Shown here one piece after another: positions 26,163 through 35,780 of a DNA stretch of 64,000 nucleotides (positions are counted from its first letter, which is position 1; the number at the start of each line of letters is the position of its first letter). The DNA is from Candidatus Eiseniibacteriota bacterium. Its GTDB lineage: Bacteria > Eisenbacteria > RBG-16-71-46 > CAIMUX01 > VGJL01. The notes beneath the pieces are model-generated. The model saw only the letters and a program-made list of their open reading frames with translations, was not told the DNA's origin and did not search any database. A program made the position numbers and the translations under genes. The DNA lies in the NCBI GenBank assembly GCA_963792585.1, contig CAWBWI010000001.1:864001-928000 (forward strand), in the 5' to 3' direction.

Positions 26163-29100
26163 TCAGCCGCGGGGCGCGACGCTCACGAGCCGATCCACCG
26201 TCAACGTCGGGGCCCCGAAAGGGGCCTCGACCGTTCCGGTCGCGTGCAGGAGCCAGCCACCACGGACGATCGTCCCGAACCGCGCGTAGACCGGCGGGAA
26301 GAGGGTGCACTCGGCGAGGCCCGATTCGTCCTCGAGCGTCAGAAAGAGCATCGACTCCCCGCGTTTGGTCCGCACCCGCCGCGCGGCGGCAAGCAACCCC
26401 AATACGGATCCGGCCCCTTCCCGCACGAGCCGCGCCGCGGGCGGCGCGATCGGCAACGCTCCCTCGCGCGCGAGCCGCTCGCGGATCACCTCGACGGGAT
26501 GCGCGGTGATCGCGATCTCCAGCGTCTCGAGTTCGTGGCGGACGCGCGTCTCGCGATCGTATTCCCGCCACGCCCCGCTCTCCTCGCGCGGCGGAAGCGC
26601 GAGCCGCATCGATACCTCCTCCCCTCGGTCCGGCCCCTTCCGCGTCCGGCAGTGAAGCCGCCAGAGGCGGGCGGGTCTTGGACCCGGCCCCACGTCGTCG
26701 AGCGCGCCACACAGGATGAGCGCCTCGGCCTCCGGCAGGCTCGCCCTCGTCCGCGCCAGGAACTCCTCGACGTCGGCGAAGGCGCCCCGCGCACGCTCGC
26801 TCAGGATCGCCGCGCGCGTGCAGTCGCTCAACCCGCGGACCTGCGCCAAGCCGCAGCGGAGGGCGCATCCGTCCCACGTCCAACCGAGCTCCGACCGGTG
26901 CACACACGGGGCCGCGAAGGCGACCCCCCTGCGGCGGGCCTCCTCGACGTGCACGCGAAGCGGGTACATCCCCTGGTGGTTGTTCAGGAGGGCGGCGTAG
27001 AAAGGGCCCGGATGGTGAGCCTTCAGGTAGGTCGTGATGTAGGCCAGCACGCCGTAGCCGGAGGCATGCGCCTTGCAGAAGGCATACGAACCGAAACGGG
27101 CCAGCTCCTCCCAGACCTGCCGCGCGACGTCGGAGTCGATCTGATTGCGCACCGCGCAGGCGATGAAGCGATTCTCGAGCCCGCGCATCGTGAGGTCCCG
27201 CCAGGGATCCGCCCCCGTCGTCGCGCGGCCCGTCGAAGGACGTTCGCCGAGCGAGGGATCGGCCGCCACGCGGCTGGCGGAGGCGATCGCGCGCCGCAAG
27301 AGGTCGCCGACCGCGCGGTCGAATCCCCCGATCGCCGCGGCCACGCAGATCACGTCCTCCTCGTAGAGCAGGATCCCGTGCGTCGACGCCAACAGGGGCG
27401 CCAGCGAGGGATGCAGGAATCGGTCCGGCTCGAGCCCCCTCTCGCGGCGCACGAACCGCTCCTTCATCCCCGATCCCGCCGGATCGGGCCGGATCAGCGA
27501 GAGGGCGTTGATCGTCCCCTCGAGATCGCGGGTCCGCAGCATCCGCAGCAGGTTGCGCATGCCCGGCGACTCGATCTGGAAGCAGCCGAGCGTCGCCCCC
27601 TGCTCGAGGAGTTCGGACGTCGACGGATCCGGATCCGGAATCGCGGCGAGATCGGGCTCCGCCTCCCCGGACGCGCGAATTCCCTCGATCGTCTCCGCGA
27701 TCGTGGAGATCGCCCGATTCCCGAGCAGGTCGATCTTCACGAGCCCGATCGCCTCGATCGCGTTCATCTCGTACTGCGTGACCACGATCCCCTTCGTCGC
27801 CATTTCGAGAGGGACCCATCGGTCGAGAGGCCCCGGGCCGATCACGATCCCCCCGCAGTGGATGCCCAGCGTGTGGGGCAGGCCGATCAGGTGGTCGGCG
27901 GTCGCGATCAGCTCGGGCAGCGGCGGCTCTTCCAGGTCGAGCGTGCGCCCCAAGGGCGTCGAGAGGATCGCGCACCCGAGCGGCCCGTCGCTGAACGAGG
28001 GAATCGCCCGCGCAATCCGGTCGGCGGCGTCGGGGGCGAGTCCGAATGCCTTCGCCGCCTCGCGGAACGCTCCCCGCGCCTGATAGTGGTTCTGCGTCGA
28101 GATCATCGCGACGCGGTCCGACCCGTAGGTGTCGTAGACGTGGCGGATCACCTCATCGCGCCGACGCCAGCAGAGATCGATGTCGAGATCCGGAAGGTCG
28201 CGGCGAAGCCTGTGGAGAAAGCGCTCGAACGTCAGGCGATAGCGGATCGGGTCGACGTTCGTGATCCCCAGCAGATACGAGACGATCGAGCTCGCGCCGC
28301 TGCCGCGGCCCACGGTCGGGATTCCCCGCGCGCGCGCCGCGGCCACGATGTCACCGACGACGACGAAGTAGTCGGTGAAACCCATCGTATCGATCTGCTC
28401 GAGTTCCGTCGCGAGCCTGCGGGCGACCTCGCGCGTGACGCGCCCGTAGCGGCGCCGGAGCCCATCCTGCGTCATCCGGTAGAGACGGTCGTATGCGCTC
28501 TCCCCATCCGGAAGAGGCAGCTTCGGGAACAGGCTCCCCGGCGCGGGGAGGTCGGCCGCGCCGAAGGAGCAGCCGAGCGCGAGACGTCTCGACGCGGCCA
28601 GAAGCGCCGGATCGTCGGCGAAGAGGCGAAACGTCTCCGCGGGACCGGCGAGGTGCGCCCCTTCGGGCGCCAGAAGGTCCGGGTCGAGTCGTGTGATCAG
28701 TTCGTTCTCGCGCACCGCCGCCAGGAGCCGGTGCGTCGGCCGGTCCCCGGCGTCTCCGAGGAAGCCGTCGATCGTGCCCACCAGATCGACGCCGAGCCGC
28801 CGCGCCGTCGAGCGCAGGAGCGCCTCCGCGGCGAGGTCGGATGCGCAACGCACCACCGCCGCATGGAGCCGCTCACGCGGCACCCGCTCCCGGAGACGTT
28901 CCAGCGCGGCCGGATCGCGCGCCAGGACTTCGAGTCCCTCGACATGGTCCCCGACGCGTTCCGGAAGATCGAACGTATCGGCGAGATGCCGCGCCGTCAG
29001 GATCCGACAGAGCGAGGAGTAGCCGGCCGCCTCCCTCACCAGCAGCACGACGGAACCGTGCACGCGCGCCGGACCGCGCATGATCCCGCGCGCTCCGTCT

Positions 29101-29369
29101 TCACCGGGGATCTGCGGCGCCCCGGCGCGCGGCGTCACCTCCGCGCCGAGGACCGGCCGGATCCCGGCCTCCGCCGCGGCCCGCAGGAAAGCGATCGCCC
29201 CGTAGAGGTTGTTCCTGTCCGTGAGCGCAAGGGCGTCGAGCCCCGCCGCGTTCGCGCGGCGGACGAGGGTGTCGGGAGACGCCGTTCCCAGTCCCAGGGA
29301 GTGGGCGCTGCGCACGATGAGGGGGACCGGAATCGGCCCGGGCGCCCCCGCGTTTTGTCGTTTGTTCAC
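26163..29369 (-). CDS. dnaE2: DNA polymerase III alpha subunit, error-prone DnaE2-like
   Basis: GRGSGASS, FERFL...PDLDID, KIDLLG, GCFQIESPGM, FCKAHA, OB domain; degenerate PHP start (IVRSAHS); short C-terminus. GTG start inferred. Confidence 0.85.
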   Translation of the reverse strand: MNKRQNAGAPGPIPVPLIVRSAHSLGLGTASPDTLVRRANAAGLDALALTDRNNLYGAIAFLRAAAEAGIRPVLGAEVTPRAGAPQIPGEDGARGIMRGPARVHGSVVLLVREAAGYSSLCRILTARHLADTFDLPERVGDHVEGLEVLARDPAALERLRERVPRERLHAAVVRCASDLAAEALLRSTARRLGVDLVGTIDGFLGDAGDRPTHRLLAAVRENELITRLDPDLLAPEGAHLAGPAETFRLFADDPALLAASRRLALGCSFGAADLPAPGSLFPKLPLPDGESAYDRLYRMTQDGLRRRYGRVTREVARRLATELEQIDTMGFTDYFVVVGDIVAAARARGIPTVGRGSGASSIVSYLLGITNVDPIRYRLTFERFLHRLRRDLPDLDIDLCWRRRDEVIRHVYDTYGSDRVAMISTQNHYQARGAFREAAKAFGLAPDAADRIARAIPSFSDGPLGCAILSTPLGRTLDLEEPPLPELIATADHLIGLPHTLGIHCGGIVIGPGPLDRWVPLEMATKGIVVTQYEMNAIEAIGLVKIDLLGNRAISTIAETIEGIRASGEAEPDLAAIPDPDPSTSELLEQGATLGCFQIESPGMRNLLRMLRTRDLEGTINALSLIRPDPAGSGMKERFVRRERGLEPDRFLHPSLAPLLASTHGILLYEEDVICVAAAIGGFDRAVGDLLRRAIASASRVAADPSLGERPSTGRATTGADPWRDLTMRGLENRFIACAVRNQIDSDVARQVWEELARFGSYAFCKAHASGYGVLAYITTYLKAHHPGPFYAALLNNHQGMYPLRVHVEEARRRGVAFAAPCVHRSELGWTWDGCALRCGLAQVRGLSDCTRAAILSERARGAFADVEEFLARTRASLPEAEALILCGALDDVGPGPRPARLWRLHCRTRKGPDRGEEVSMRLALPPREESGAWREYDRETRVRHELETLEIAITAHPVEVIRERLAREGALPIAPPAARLVREGAGSVLGLLAAARRVRTKRGESMLFLTLEDESGLAECTLFPPVYARFGTIVRGGWLLHATGTVEAPFGAPTLTVDRLVSVAPRG

Positions 29370-29375
29370 ACGGAG

Positions 29376-29396
29376 AGGATACCATACATGTGTTCG
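29376..29396 (-). promoter_or_regulatory. Extended -10 promoter with overlapping SOS-box-like site
   Basis: Minus strand CGAACACATGTATG (compare CGAAC-N4-GTTCG) abutting TGG-TATCCT, which lies 6 nt before the GTG. Confidence 0.5.
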
Positions 29397-29433
29397 GGTG
29401 ATCACCGAAATGCGACGGCGGGCCACCGAAGCC

Positions 29434-29472
29434 AAAAAGCGAGGGCGGCGGACCCTCGGCCCGCCGCCCCGC
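29434..29472 (-). terminator. Intrinsic terminator of the DUF6754 cassette
   Basis: GGGCGGCGG/CCGCCGCCC stem followed by TTTTT on the minus strand. Confidence 0.7.
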
Positions 29473-29495
29473 CCGGACGCGTCGGAACGGGAAGG

Positions 29496-30182
29496 CTAGG
29501 AGATGATTCCCAGCCAATCCCGAAGCAGGAACGTGAAACGGCCGATGGCGAGGGAGACGCGCGCCATCACGGTGAAGCCGAAGCTCGCCCCGAACCCGAT
29601 CATGATGTAGACGATGCCGGTCTTGGCGCCCCACTTGACGATTCCCTTGTGCTCCTTCGAGAAGAAGAAGTAGGTCAGGGTCGTCACGACGCCGACCAGA
29701 ACCACGAGCGCCCAGATCCCCTCCGTCACGTTCCCGAAACTCGCCCGGTTTACGAGAGATCCCCGCATCTGCGGGAAGACGCTGCCCTCGAGGGAGGCCG
29801 GGATCCCGTAACCCATGTAATAGCCCATGAAGATCCCGATCGGGATCCGCACGAGCCACGAGTGCTTCGGCACGAAGCGCATGAAGTAGAGACATCCGAT
29901 CAGACCGGGCACGATCAGCCAGAAGTTCGCCGGAGAGAGGGGATCGAAGAGATCTTTCGTCACGCCCTTCTCCGCCGCGAGCTGGAACGCGCGTCCGAAG
30001 GGCTTGATCATGACCGGCACGATGACGCGGTGGTACATGAAGGCGATCGAGTATCCGTTCGCCACACCCACCCAGAGATGCTCCGCGAAGCGGTAGAACG
30101 GATTGTCTTTGTAGAGGAAGGATAGAACGCTCAGGGTCAAAAAGACCCCGACCCACACCCAGATATCGTGACTCAGGTGCAT
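29496..30182 (-). CDS. Conserved hypothetical multi-TM protein (DUF6754 cassette gene 4)
   Basis: SFLYKDNPFYRFAEHLWVG...GFGASFGFTVMAR; start overlaps the upstream stop. Confidence 0.8.
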   Translation of the reverse strand: MHLSHDIWVWVGVFLTLSVLSFLYKDNPFYRFAEHLWVGVANGYSIAFMYHRVIVPVMIKPFGRAFQLAAEKGVTKDLFDPLSPANFWLIVPGLIGCLYFMRFVPKHSWLVRIPIGIFMGYYMGYGIPASLEGSVFPQMRGSLVNRASFGNVTEGIWALVVLVGVVTTLTYFFFSKEHKGIVKWGAKTGIVYIMIGFGASFGFTVMARVSLAIGRFTFLLRDWLGIIS

Positions 30183-31045
30183 CACTTCCCCCTCTTGCTC
30201 GCGAAGTAGGCGATGTTGCCCAGAACGACGAACACCATGATCGCGAGATGGGCCGCCGACTGGGAGCCCATCCCCTCGCTCGCCCGCACCCGACCGCCGA
30301 TGTGGTAGCGATCCTCGACGAGCTGCTCGTATTCCGCTGCGCCCTTCATCCCACCCAGCATGCCGGAGAACTGGCGCGTCTCGAAGTAGGGGTAGAACTC
30401 GGGGGCGCTGACAGCGGTGCACCCCGCCGCCACCTTGACGCCGAACTTGGGCTGGGCGAACTGGACGTACCAGAGCGGCGATCCGGCGCTCGCGATCGCG
30501 GCGACGAGGCCGACCTGATCGTAGTTGTGGATATTGCGCATGATCGGCAGCGAGTCGGTCGTCGCGCCGAAGAAGTCGGTCGGGTAGATCCCCGATATCG
30601 ACTTCCCCATGGCGAGGATCGGGACGATCGGCGGCGGTTGCCACCCGAGGAATGCGACGTCGCGGCCGTAGTGGACGCTGTCGGCCGGGGCCTTCGCCCG
30701 GGCATTGAACTCGGCGACCACCTGGTTCATCGCGTCCGCGACGAGGGGCGTCGATTCGACATAGAGGCTGAGCATCACGACCGGCAACCTCCGGGCCATG
30801 GCGTGCCGGATCAATGCGATCGTCATCGGCTGGTTCTCGGCCTCGGTCTGCGGCGTGTAGTCGGTCGAGATCATCAGGCACTGACTGCTCGGGTCGATTC
30901 CCTCGACCGTGTCGAAGAGCGCCTTCGTCGACTTCTGGCATCCGACCGGCTGGTGGATGGGGAAGATCATCGGCAGGATGATCACCACCCCGATGATGAT
31001 GAAGATGAACCGGCGATCGATCTTCAGGAGGCGGTCCCAGTTCAC
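30182..31045 (-). CDS. Conserved hypothetical membrane-anchored alpha/beta protein (cassette gene 3)
   Basis: GTG start overlapping the upstream TGA, GGAGG SD; N- and C-terminal TMs; GCTAVSAP...GMLGGMKGAAEYE. Confidence 0.8.
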   Translation of the reverse strand: MNWDRLLKIDRRFIFIIIGVVIILPMIFPIHQPVGCQKSTKALFDTVEGIDPSSQCLMISTDYTPQTEAENQPMTIALIRHAMARRLPVVMLSLYVESTPLVADAMNQVVAEFNARAKAPADSVHYGRDVAFLGWQPPPIVPILAMGKSISGIYPTDFFGATTDSLPIMRNIHNYDQVGLVAAIASAGSPLWYVQFAQPKFGVKVAAGCTAVSAPEFYPYFETRQFSGMLGGMKGAAEYEQLVEDRYHIGGRVRASEGMGSQSAAHLAIMVFVVLGNIAYFASKRGK

Positions 31046-31701
31046 TTGCCACCTCCCATCCACGAGCGCTCGATCCCCGTGAGGATCTTGAGCGAGGTGG
31101 CCAGCGCCCCGAGAGTCACCCCCAGCTCGATACCCCTCTTCGATGCGGTGTTCGGCACGCTCATGATCCGCTGGCTGATCTCGGGGATCTCGCTCCAGAG
31201 GGCCTGTCCGAAGGGAACCTGCCCGAGCATCACGACGAACGCGGCGGCCAGGAGCAGGAAGGCGAGGACGTTCTTCGCGCGAAACGAGCGGTAGGCGGCG
31301 GACGCCATGTAGAAGGCGAGCAGAGAGAACATCGATGCACCCAGCGGGGTGAGGACCTTCATGTACAGAGTCTGCACATCGTATTGAAAGCCGCCCAGCT
31401 TCGTGGGGAACCATCCGGTGCCGGAAACACCCCCACAGAGGCCGATGAAGGCCGTCACGCCCAGGGCGATGAGGAGCGTATAGGACTGATGCCAGTTGAC
31501 GCCCTTGCGCTTGATGCGCCCGAAATGGTGCTGGATCAGGTTTCCAAGCCCCAGGATGAGGGCGAATGCGGAGATGATCCGGAGCAACGTGTTGCGAAGG
31601 TACTCATTGAAGGTATCCACGGTGGGGTAAGGGATGAAGTAGGCGGTGATTCCGAAAATGCCCATGAGGATCATGATTCCGAGTGGAAGCTTGTCGCGCA
31701 T
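31042..31701 (-). CDS. Conserved hypothetical multi-TM protein (cassette gene 2)
   Basis: About 6 TMs; MFSLLAFYMASAAYRSFRA; PNTASKRGI..G. Confidence 0.8.
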   Translation of the reverse strand: MRDKLPLGIMILMGIFGITAYFIPYPTVDTFNEYLRNTLLRIISAFALILGLGNLIQHHFGRIKRKGVNWHQSYTLLIALGVTAFIGLCGGVSGTGWFPTKLGGFQYDVQTLYMKVLTPLGASMFSLLAFYMASAAYRSFRAKNVLAFLLLAAAFVVMLGQVPFGQALWSEIPEISQRIMSVPNTASKRGIELGVTLGALATSLKILTGIERSWMGGGK

Positions 31702-31712
31702 CGTCCCCTCCC

Positions 31713-32858
31713 CTAACGGCCCGAGGTGGCCAGGATCCGCCCGGCGTCCCAGTTGAATGCGAGCGCCACGATGGTGCCGACCACCAGAAAGACCATGAAG
31801 AAGAGTTTGCCCATGTCCTCCCCCTTCAGCGCGCCCACCATGAGGGGTTCTCGAGAGAGGTAGGCGGAAGCGGCGTACAGCTCCTCTCCCATCAACGTGT
31901 AGTCGCAGGCCACGACGAAGAACGGCAGCTGCGTCGGCGTGTCCGTGCCGGCGATCTGGATCGCGCCGGTGGTGGAGCCCGTTTCGGCCAGAATCAGCGA
32001 CTCTCCGCCGAAGGGTCCGAGGAAGAAGCTGGCCGCAGGCTGTTCACGAACGATCATCCCGCTGACGGCGGAGGCGTAGGCGAGCGCATTCTCCACGACG
32101 AACTGCACGCTCTCGGGATCGTAGGTGTCGGGATGGCCCGCCGCCGCGTACGCGCCCTTCGTGACCTCGCGCGCCACCGTGAAGACGACCGGGTCGCGCA
32201 CCGGGACCACGAGGCGGGTTCCGTACTCCGCGGTCTTCTTCGCGACCTCGCCCAGGACGTTCAGCGAGGCCACGGTTCCGATGTCGGACACGTATCCCGT
32301 CCCGGCAACGTAGAGGATCGGCCGGCCCATCTCGGTTGCGCGGCCGACGGCCTCGTCGACGGCGTCGAGGCCCGCGATCTTGCGGATGAACAGATGCTCC
32401 CCCGACCGTGCGCGGCGAATGTAGTAGAGGATCAGGCTCACGAAGAGGACGATTGCGACCGCCACGCCCGTCAGATAGCCGTTGAACCACTGGGCCGAGC
32501 TTGCGACGGCGGCCGTCGCTTCGGACGGCGCCTCGGCGCCCGTGTTGTCGATCGCGACGACTCGGTACCGATACGGCTTGCCGGTCTCCGCCTTGTCGTC
32601 GACATAGCTGGTCGCGGAGCCGATCGCAACATCGTGGTCTGCGAACTCGCCCGAGCCGTCCGCCCGCTCGATCCGGTAGCGGAAGGCGCCGGGAGCCGCC
32701 TGCCATCTGACAGTGAGGCTCCCGCCGCCGTCGTTCGGGCTGTCTGTCGCCCGAACTGCGGTCGGCGGACTCGGGGCGACTGCTGAGGTCTCGCCGGCTT
32801 GCGCAAGGGCCGCACCGGCGATCAGCAGCAGGATCCAGGCGAACAGAATCCGTCTCAT
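31713..32858 (-). CDS. Fibronectin III + DUF6754 membrane protein (cassette gene 1)
   Basis: Signal peptide, DSPNDGGGSLTVRW FN3, TM, IRKIAGLDAVDEAVGRATEMGRP...QIAGT..QLPFF...GEELYAASAYL. Confidence 0.8.
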   Translation of the reverse strand: MRRILFAWILLLIAGAALAQAGETSAVAPSPPTAVRATDSPNDGGGSLTVRWQAAPGAFRYRIERADGSGEFADHDVAIGSATSYVDDKAETGKPYRYRVVAIDNTGAEAPSEATAAVASSAQWFNGYLTGVAVAIVLFVSLILYYIRRARSGEHLFIRKIAGLDAVDEAVGRATEMGRPILYVAGTGYVSDIGTVASLNVLGEVAKKTAEYGTRLVVPVRDPVVFTVAREVTKGAYAAAGHPDTYDPESVQFVVENALAYASAVSGMIVREQPAASFFLGPFGGESLILAETGSTTGAIQIAGTDTPTQLPFFVVACDYTLMGEELYAASAYLSREPLMVGALKGEDMGKLFFMVFLVVGTIVALAFNWDAGRILATSGR

Positions 32859-33088
32859 GGACTCACGTCCTCTGGTGAAGGTTTTCGGTTTCTTGGGGAA
32901 TCGACGGGGATGGCGAAGACGGCGACGGAAGGAAGTGCGGGAGAACCGATCCGAACCCTTCCCATCCTCACCCCTCCTCCCCGTGCGCGTTCGTCCAGGG
33001 AAAGCAGCTCCCCCGAATCCACTGACAAGAGGATGGCCTATGCCGATCAGGGATTCAAGAATCAAGCGACGTTGGATCGCAAGAGAAT

Positions 33089-33541
33089 CTAATGCAACGC
33101 ATCCAGATGGCGGCGCAGACCATCGCCGTCCGGACGCTGAAGGCCGATCGCGGCAAGGGTGACGGCGATGAACGGAACCGCCTCCGCGATCGATCCCCCC
33201 AGCAGGACCAGAATCAGCCCGAGGATTGCCACCGCCTCGCTCATCGCCCAGCCGGCGACCATCGCGGCCTGCAGCCCGATCATCGCCGCGTACGGTTCAC
33301 GGTAGGCGCGGTTCATCAGCTGTCTGCGGACAACGAACGCCAGAATGAGCAGAACCCCGCCGAGCGCATAGAAGATCGGTCTCAGCTGCCCGACCGAATC
33401 CGGCGGCGTGATCGCCGCACTGCGACCGCGGGCAATGAGGAACCCGACGACGAGGTAGAGGATCGCCGCGCTAAGAAACGCCGCCCAGAGGACCCACAGG
33501 GTCCGTGTCATCCGCCGCAATTCCGTATCGCGCTCGCTCAT
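33089..33541 (-). CDS. Hypothetical 4-TM membrane protein
   Basis: Hydrophobic helices; start overlaps the stop of the resB-like gene (ATGA). Confidence 0.7.
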   Translation of the reverse strand: MSERDTELRRMTRTLWVLWAAFLSAAILYLVVGFLIARGRSAAITPPDSVGQLRPIFYALGGVLLILAFVVRRQLMNRAYREPYAAMIGLQAAMVAGWAMSEAVAILGLILVLLGGSIAEAVPFIAVTLAAIGLQRPDGDGLRRHLDALH

Positions 33542-34542
33542 GGTACCCTTCCTTCCCTGCGGCCCCACGCCGCCTGAAGCCGTCGCGCGGCCGAGAGGAC
33601 GATCCCCGTCACGAACACGATGCTCCCGACGAGGAGCCAGACCGTTCCCGGCGCACGGCGGTAAGCCACGATAGCCGCCTCCGAGAGCCGCGCGTCGACC
33701 ATCTCGATCCCCGGCGCGTCCGACGCGATCCCGCGACTCAACAGGTGGGTCCCTTCCCTTGGACCCCCGACAACACGGACGCGCGCGATGGGAACCCGGT
33801 AGTCGGGCGGACCGAAGAGACGATCGAGAACCAGTCGCCCTCCGCCGGCCAGCGGACGCTCCTCCCCTACGGAGAGCGTGTCGGTCCGTCCATCGATGGA
33901 GAGAACCGCTCCGCCCACCATCGGCTGCATGCGCATCAAGATGAGCATCCGCGTGCCTCCCGCCCAACGGGCCGGAGCGTTCGGCGCGGCACGCATCCTC
34001 GCCGGAGCCGAGCCCGGTCGCGTCACCTCGAAATCCCCCGCTTGCCAGCGGATGGCTCCGTCCGGATAGTGGCGCGTCTGCGTGCCGAGCAGGCGTGCCT
34101 GGACCTCTCCAACGTGCGTCGGCCGATCCCCCACCACCGCAAAGCTCTCGCTCCCATACCAGCCGCCGATCGCGTGGGCCACGAGCGCGATCCCCACGCC
34201 GACGTGCGCGAGGATCGTGCCGTACGCCCGCGGATCCCGATCCCGCATCCGCAACCGCTTGCGCAGCGCGTCGAGCGTGCAACAGGCAAGGCTCAGGCCG
34301 AGGAACGCGCAGCATGCGAGGATCGCCCAGAACCAGGCGTCGATCGGGCGCACCCGCGCGAAGAAGAAGCGGATGTCGTCCCCCTGGAGCCCCTCGTACG
34401 CGCCCGGCACCCGCTCGCGGACGATGCTCCCGATGACGAAGAGGAGCGCGAGGACGAGAAGTGCCCAGATCCCGGTGTCATTCGCGGCGAGGAGGCGCCA
34501 TGCGCGCGTCCAGAGGCCGGCTCGCCGATCAATCGAAGCCAT
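33538..34542 (-). CDS. ResB/CcsB-like cytochrome c biogenesis protein
   Basis: Three N-terminal TMs with His (LAHVG), periplasmic domain, C-terminal PG..W...GS TM; adjacent to ccsA. Confidence 0.7.
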   Translation of the reverse strand: MASIDRRAGLWTRAWRLLAANDTGIWALLVLALLFVIGSIVRERVPGAYEGLQGDDIRFFFARVRPIDAWFWAILACCAFLGLSLACCTLDALRKRLRMRDRDPRAYGTILAHVGVGIALVAHAIGGWYGSESFAVVGDRPTHVGEVQARLLGTQTRHYPDGAIRWQAGDFEVTRPGSAPARMRAAPNAPARWAGGTRMLILMRMQPMVGGAVLSIDGRTDTLSVGEERPLAGGGRLVLDRLFGPPDYRVPIARVRVVGGPREGTHLLSRGIASDAPGIEMVDARLSEAAIVAYRRAPGTVWLLVGSIVFVTGIVLSAARRLQAAWGRREGRVP

Positions 34543-35311
34543 GCATGCTCGTCCGGAAGAACGCAACGCCGAGATAGGCCAAACCCATCAGGATCCAGGC
34601 CGGAATGGCGAGGATCGCCCGCAGCCGCGGGCGCGGTTCGAGGGCGGTCAGGTGCGCGAGCGCCCCGTAAGCGAGCCAGAGGGCGACCGACAGCTCCATC
34701 TTCGGATCCCAGAGGAAGACGAAGCCCCAGGCCAGGTATCCCCAGATTCCGCCGGTGACCATCGAAACGCTGAAGATATGGAAGCCCCAGATGATGAGGG
34801 ACCGGTTCCGCGAATCCCACGAAGCCGTATCGGCGACACCCGGCGAGGTCGCGAGCCTCACGACGGATACCGCGAAGGCGGCGTTCCAGATCCCGTATGC
34901 CACGAAGGAGAGTGGCACATGAATCACATACCAGACCGTGACGAGAAGAGACACCGGGTGGCGCGGCGCGGGCCAGGCCGCGAGACTCCAGGCGAGCAGT
35001 CCCAGGGGCGGGAGCAGGAGGAGCGATCGGTAGAGCCGCCATCGCGCATCGGGGCTCTCAGGGGCCCATCGGTCCGTGAAGAGGGCGACGCCCATCGCGC
35101 ACAGCACGAAGCCGGCCACCGACTCGGGGCGCTGTGTCAGGGGGACGTAGCCGATCGCAAAACCCCGTAGCACCAGCGCGATCGCGAGGGCCGCGAACCC
35201 GGCCATGAGGACGAATCGGCCCGCTCTGGGGCGAAACCAGCCGACACAGATCGAGGCCGCCAGGTCGGCCGCAGCGAGGCCCAGAAGCGGCAGCTCGAGA
35301 GATCGCATCAT
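34529..35311 (-). CDS. ccsA: Cytochrome c biogenesis protein CcsA (System II)
   Basis: WWD domain GGIWGYLAWGFVFLWDPK; His in IHVP and LAHL. Confidence 0.88.
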   Translation of the reverse strand: MMRSLELPLLGLAAADLAASICVGWFRPRAGRFVLMAGFAALAIALVLRGFAIGYVPLTQRPESVAGFVLCAMGVALFTDRWAPESPDARWRLYRSLLLLPPLGLLAWSLAAWPAPRHPVSLLVTVWYVIHVPLSFVAYGIWNAAFAVSVVRLATSPGVADTASWDSRNRSLIIWGFHIFSVSMVTGGIWGYLAWGFVFLWDPKMELSVALWLAYGALAHLTALEPRPRLRAILAIPAWILMGLAYLGVAFFRTSMHGFD

Positions 35312-35422
35312 CGGCCGCACGATAGCCGGGCACGAAGCCTCCGGCAAGTCCGCCAATCCCGGCTGGCCCCGGTCGTTTGCCGGCAGCTATGATCCCGCGC
35401 AACGCCCCTACCGGAGGAACCG

Positions 35423-35698
35423 ATGCTGAAGCTCTTCTTCTCCACCTTTGCCCTGATCTTCCTCGCCGAGCTGGGCGACAAGACCCAGCTGGCCACCCTC
35501 GCCATTACCAGCCACGCGAAGCAGCCGGGCGGCCCCTGGATCGTCTTCGGAGGCGCCGCGCTCGCGCTCATTGCGACCTCGGCCATCGCCGTGCTCGCGG
35601 GTGGTTTTGTCGCGAGGAGCGTGCCGCCGCACCTGATTCGGTGGATATCCGGGTCACTCTTCATCGCGGCGGGGGCCTGGACCCTGATCAAGGGTTGA
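35423..35698 (+). CDS. TMEM165/GDT1 (UPF0016) half-size protein
   Basis: FLAELGDKTQLA motif, 3 TMs, GGAGG SD. Confidence 0.92.
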   Translation: MLKLFFSTFALIFLAELGDKTQLATLAITSHAKQPGGPWIVFGGAALALIATSAIAVLAGGFVARSVPPHLIRWISGSLFIAAGAWTLIKG

Positions 35699-35780
35699 GC
35701 AAAGCGAGGGAGAAGATGCGGGAGAGAGCGAGGGAGAGGACGCGTGGCGCCCTCTCCCCATCCGTCCTACTTGGCAAACC

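Noticed and set aside
26244..30125. Very long antisense ORFs (also 12764-15403, 40522-43167, 22995-25406)
   Set aside because: Shadow frames of real high-GC genes with no recognizable motifs.
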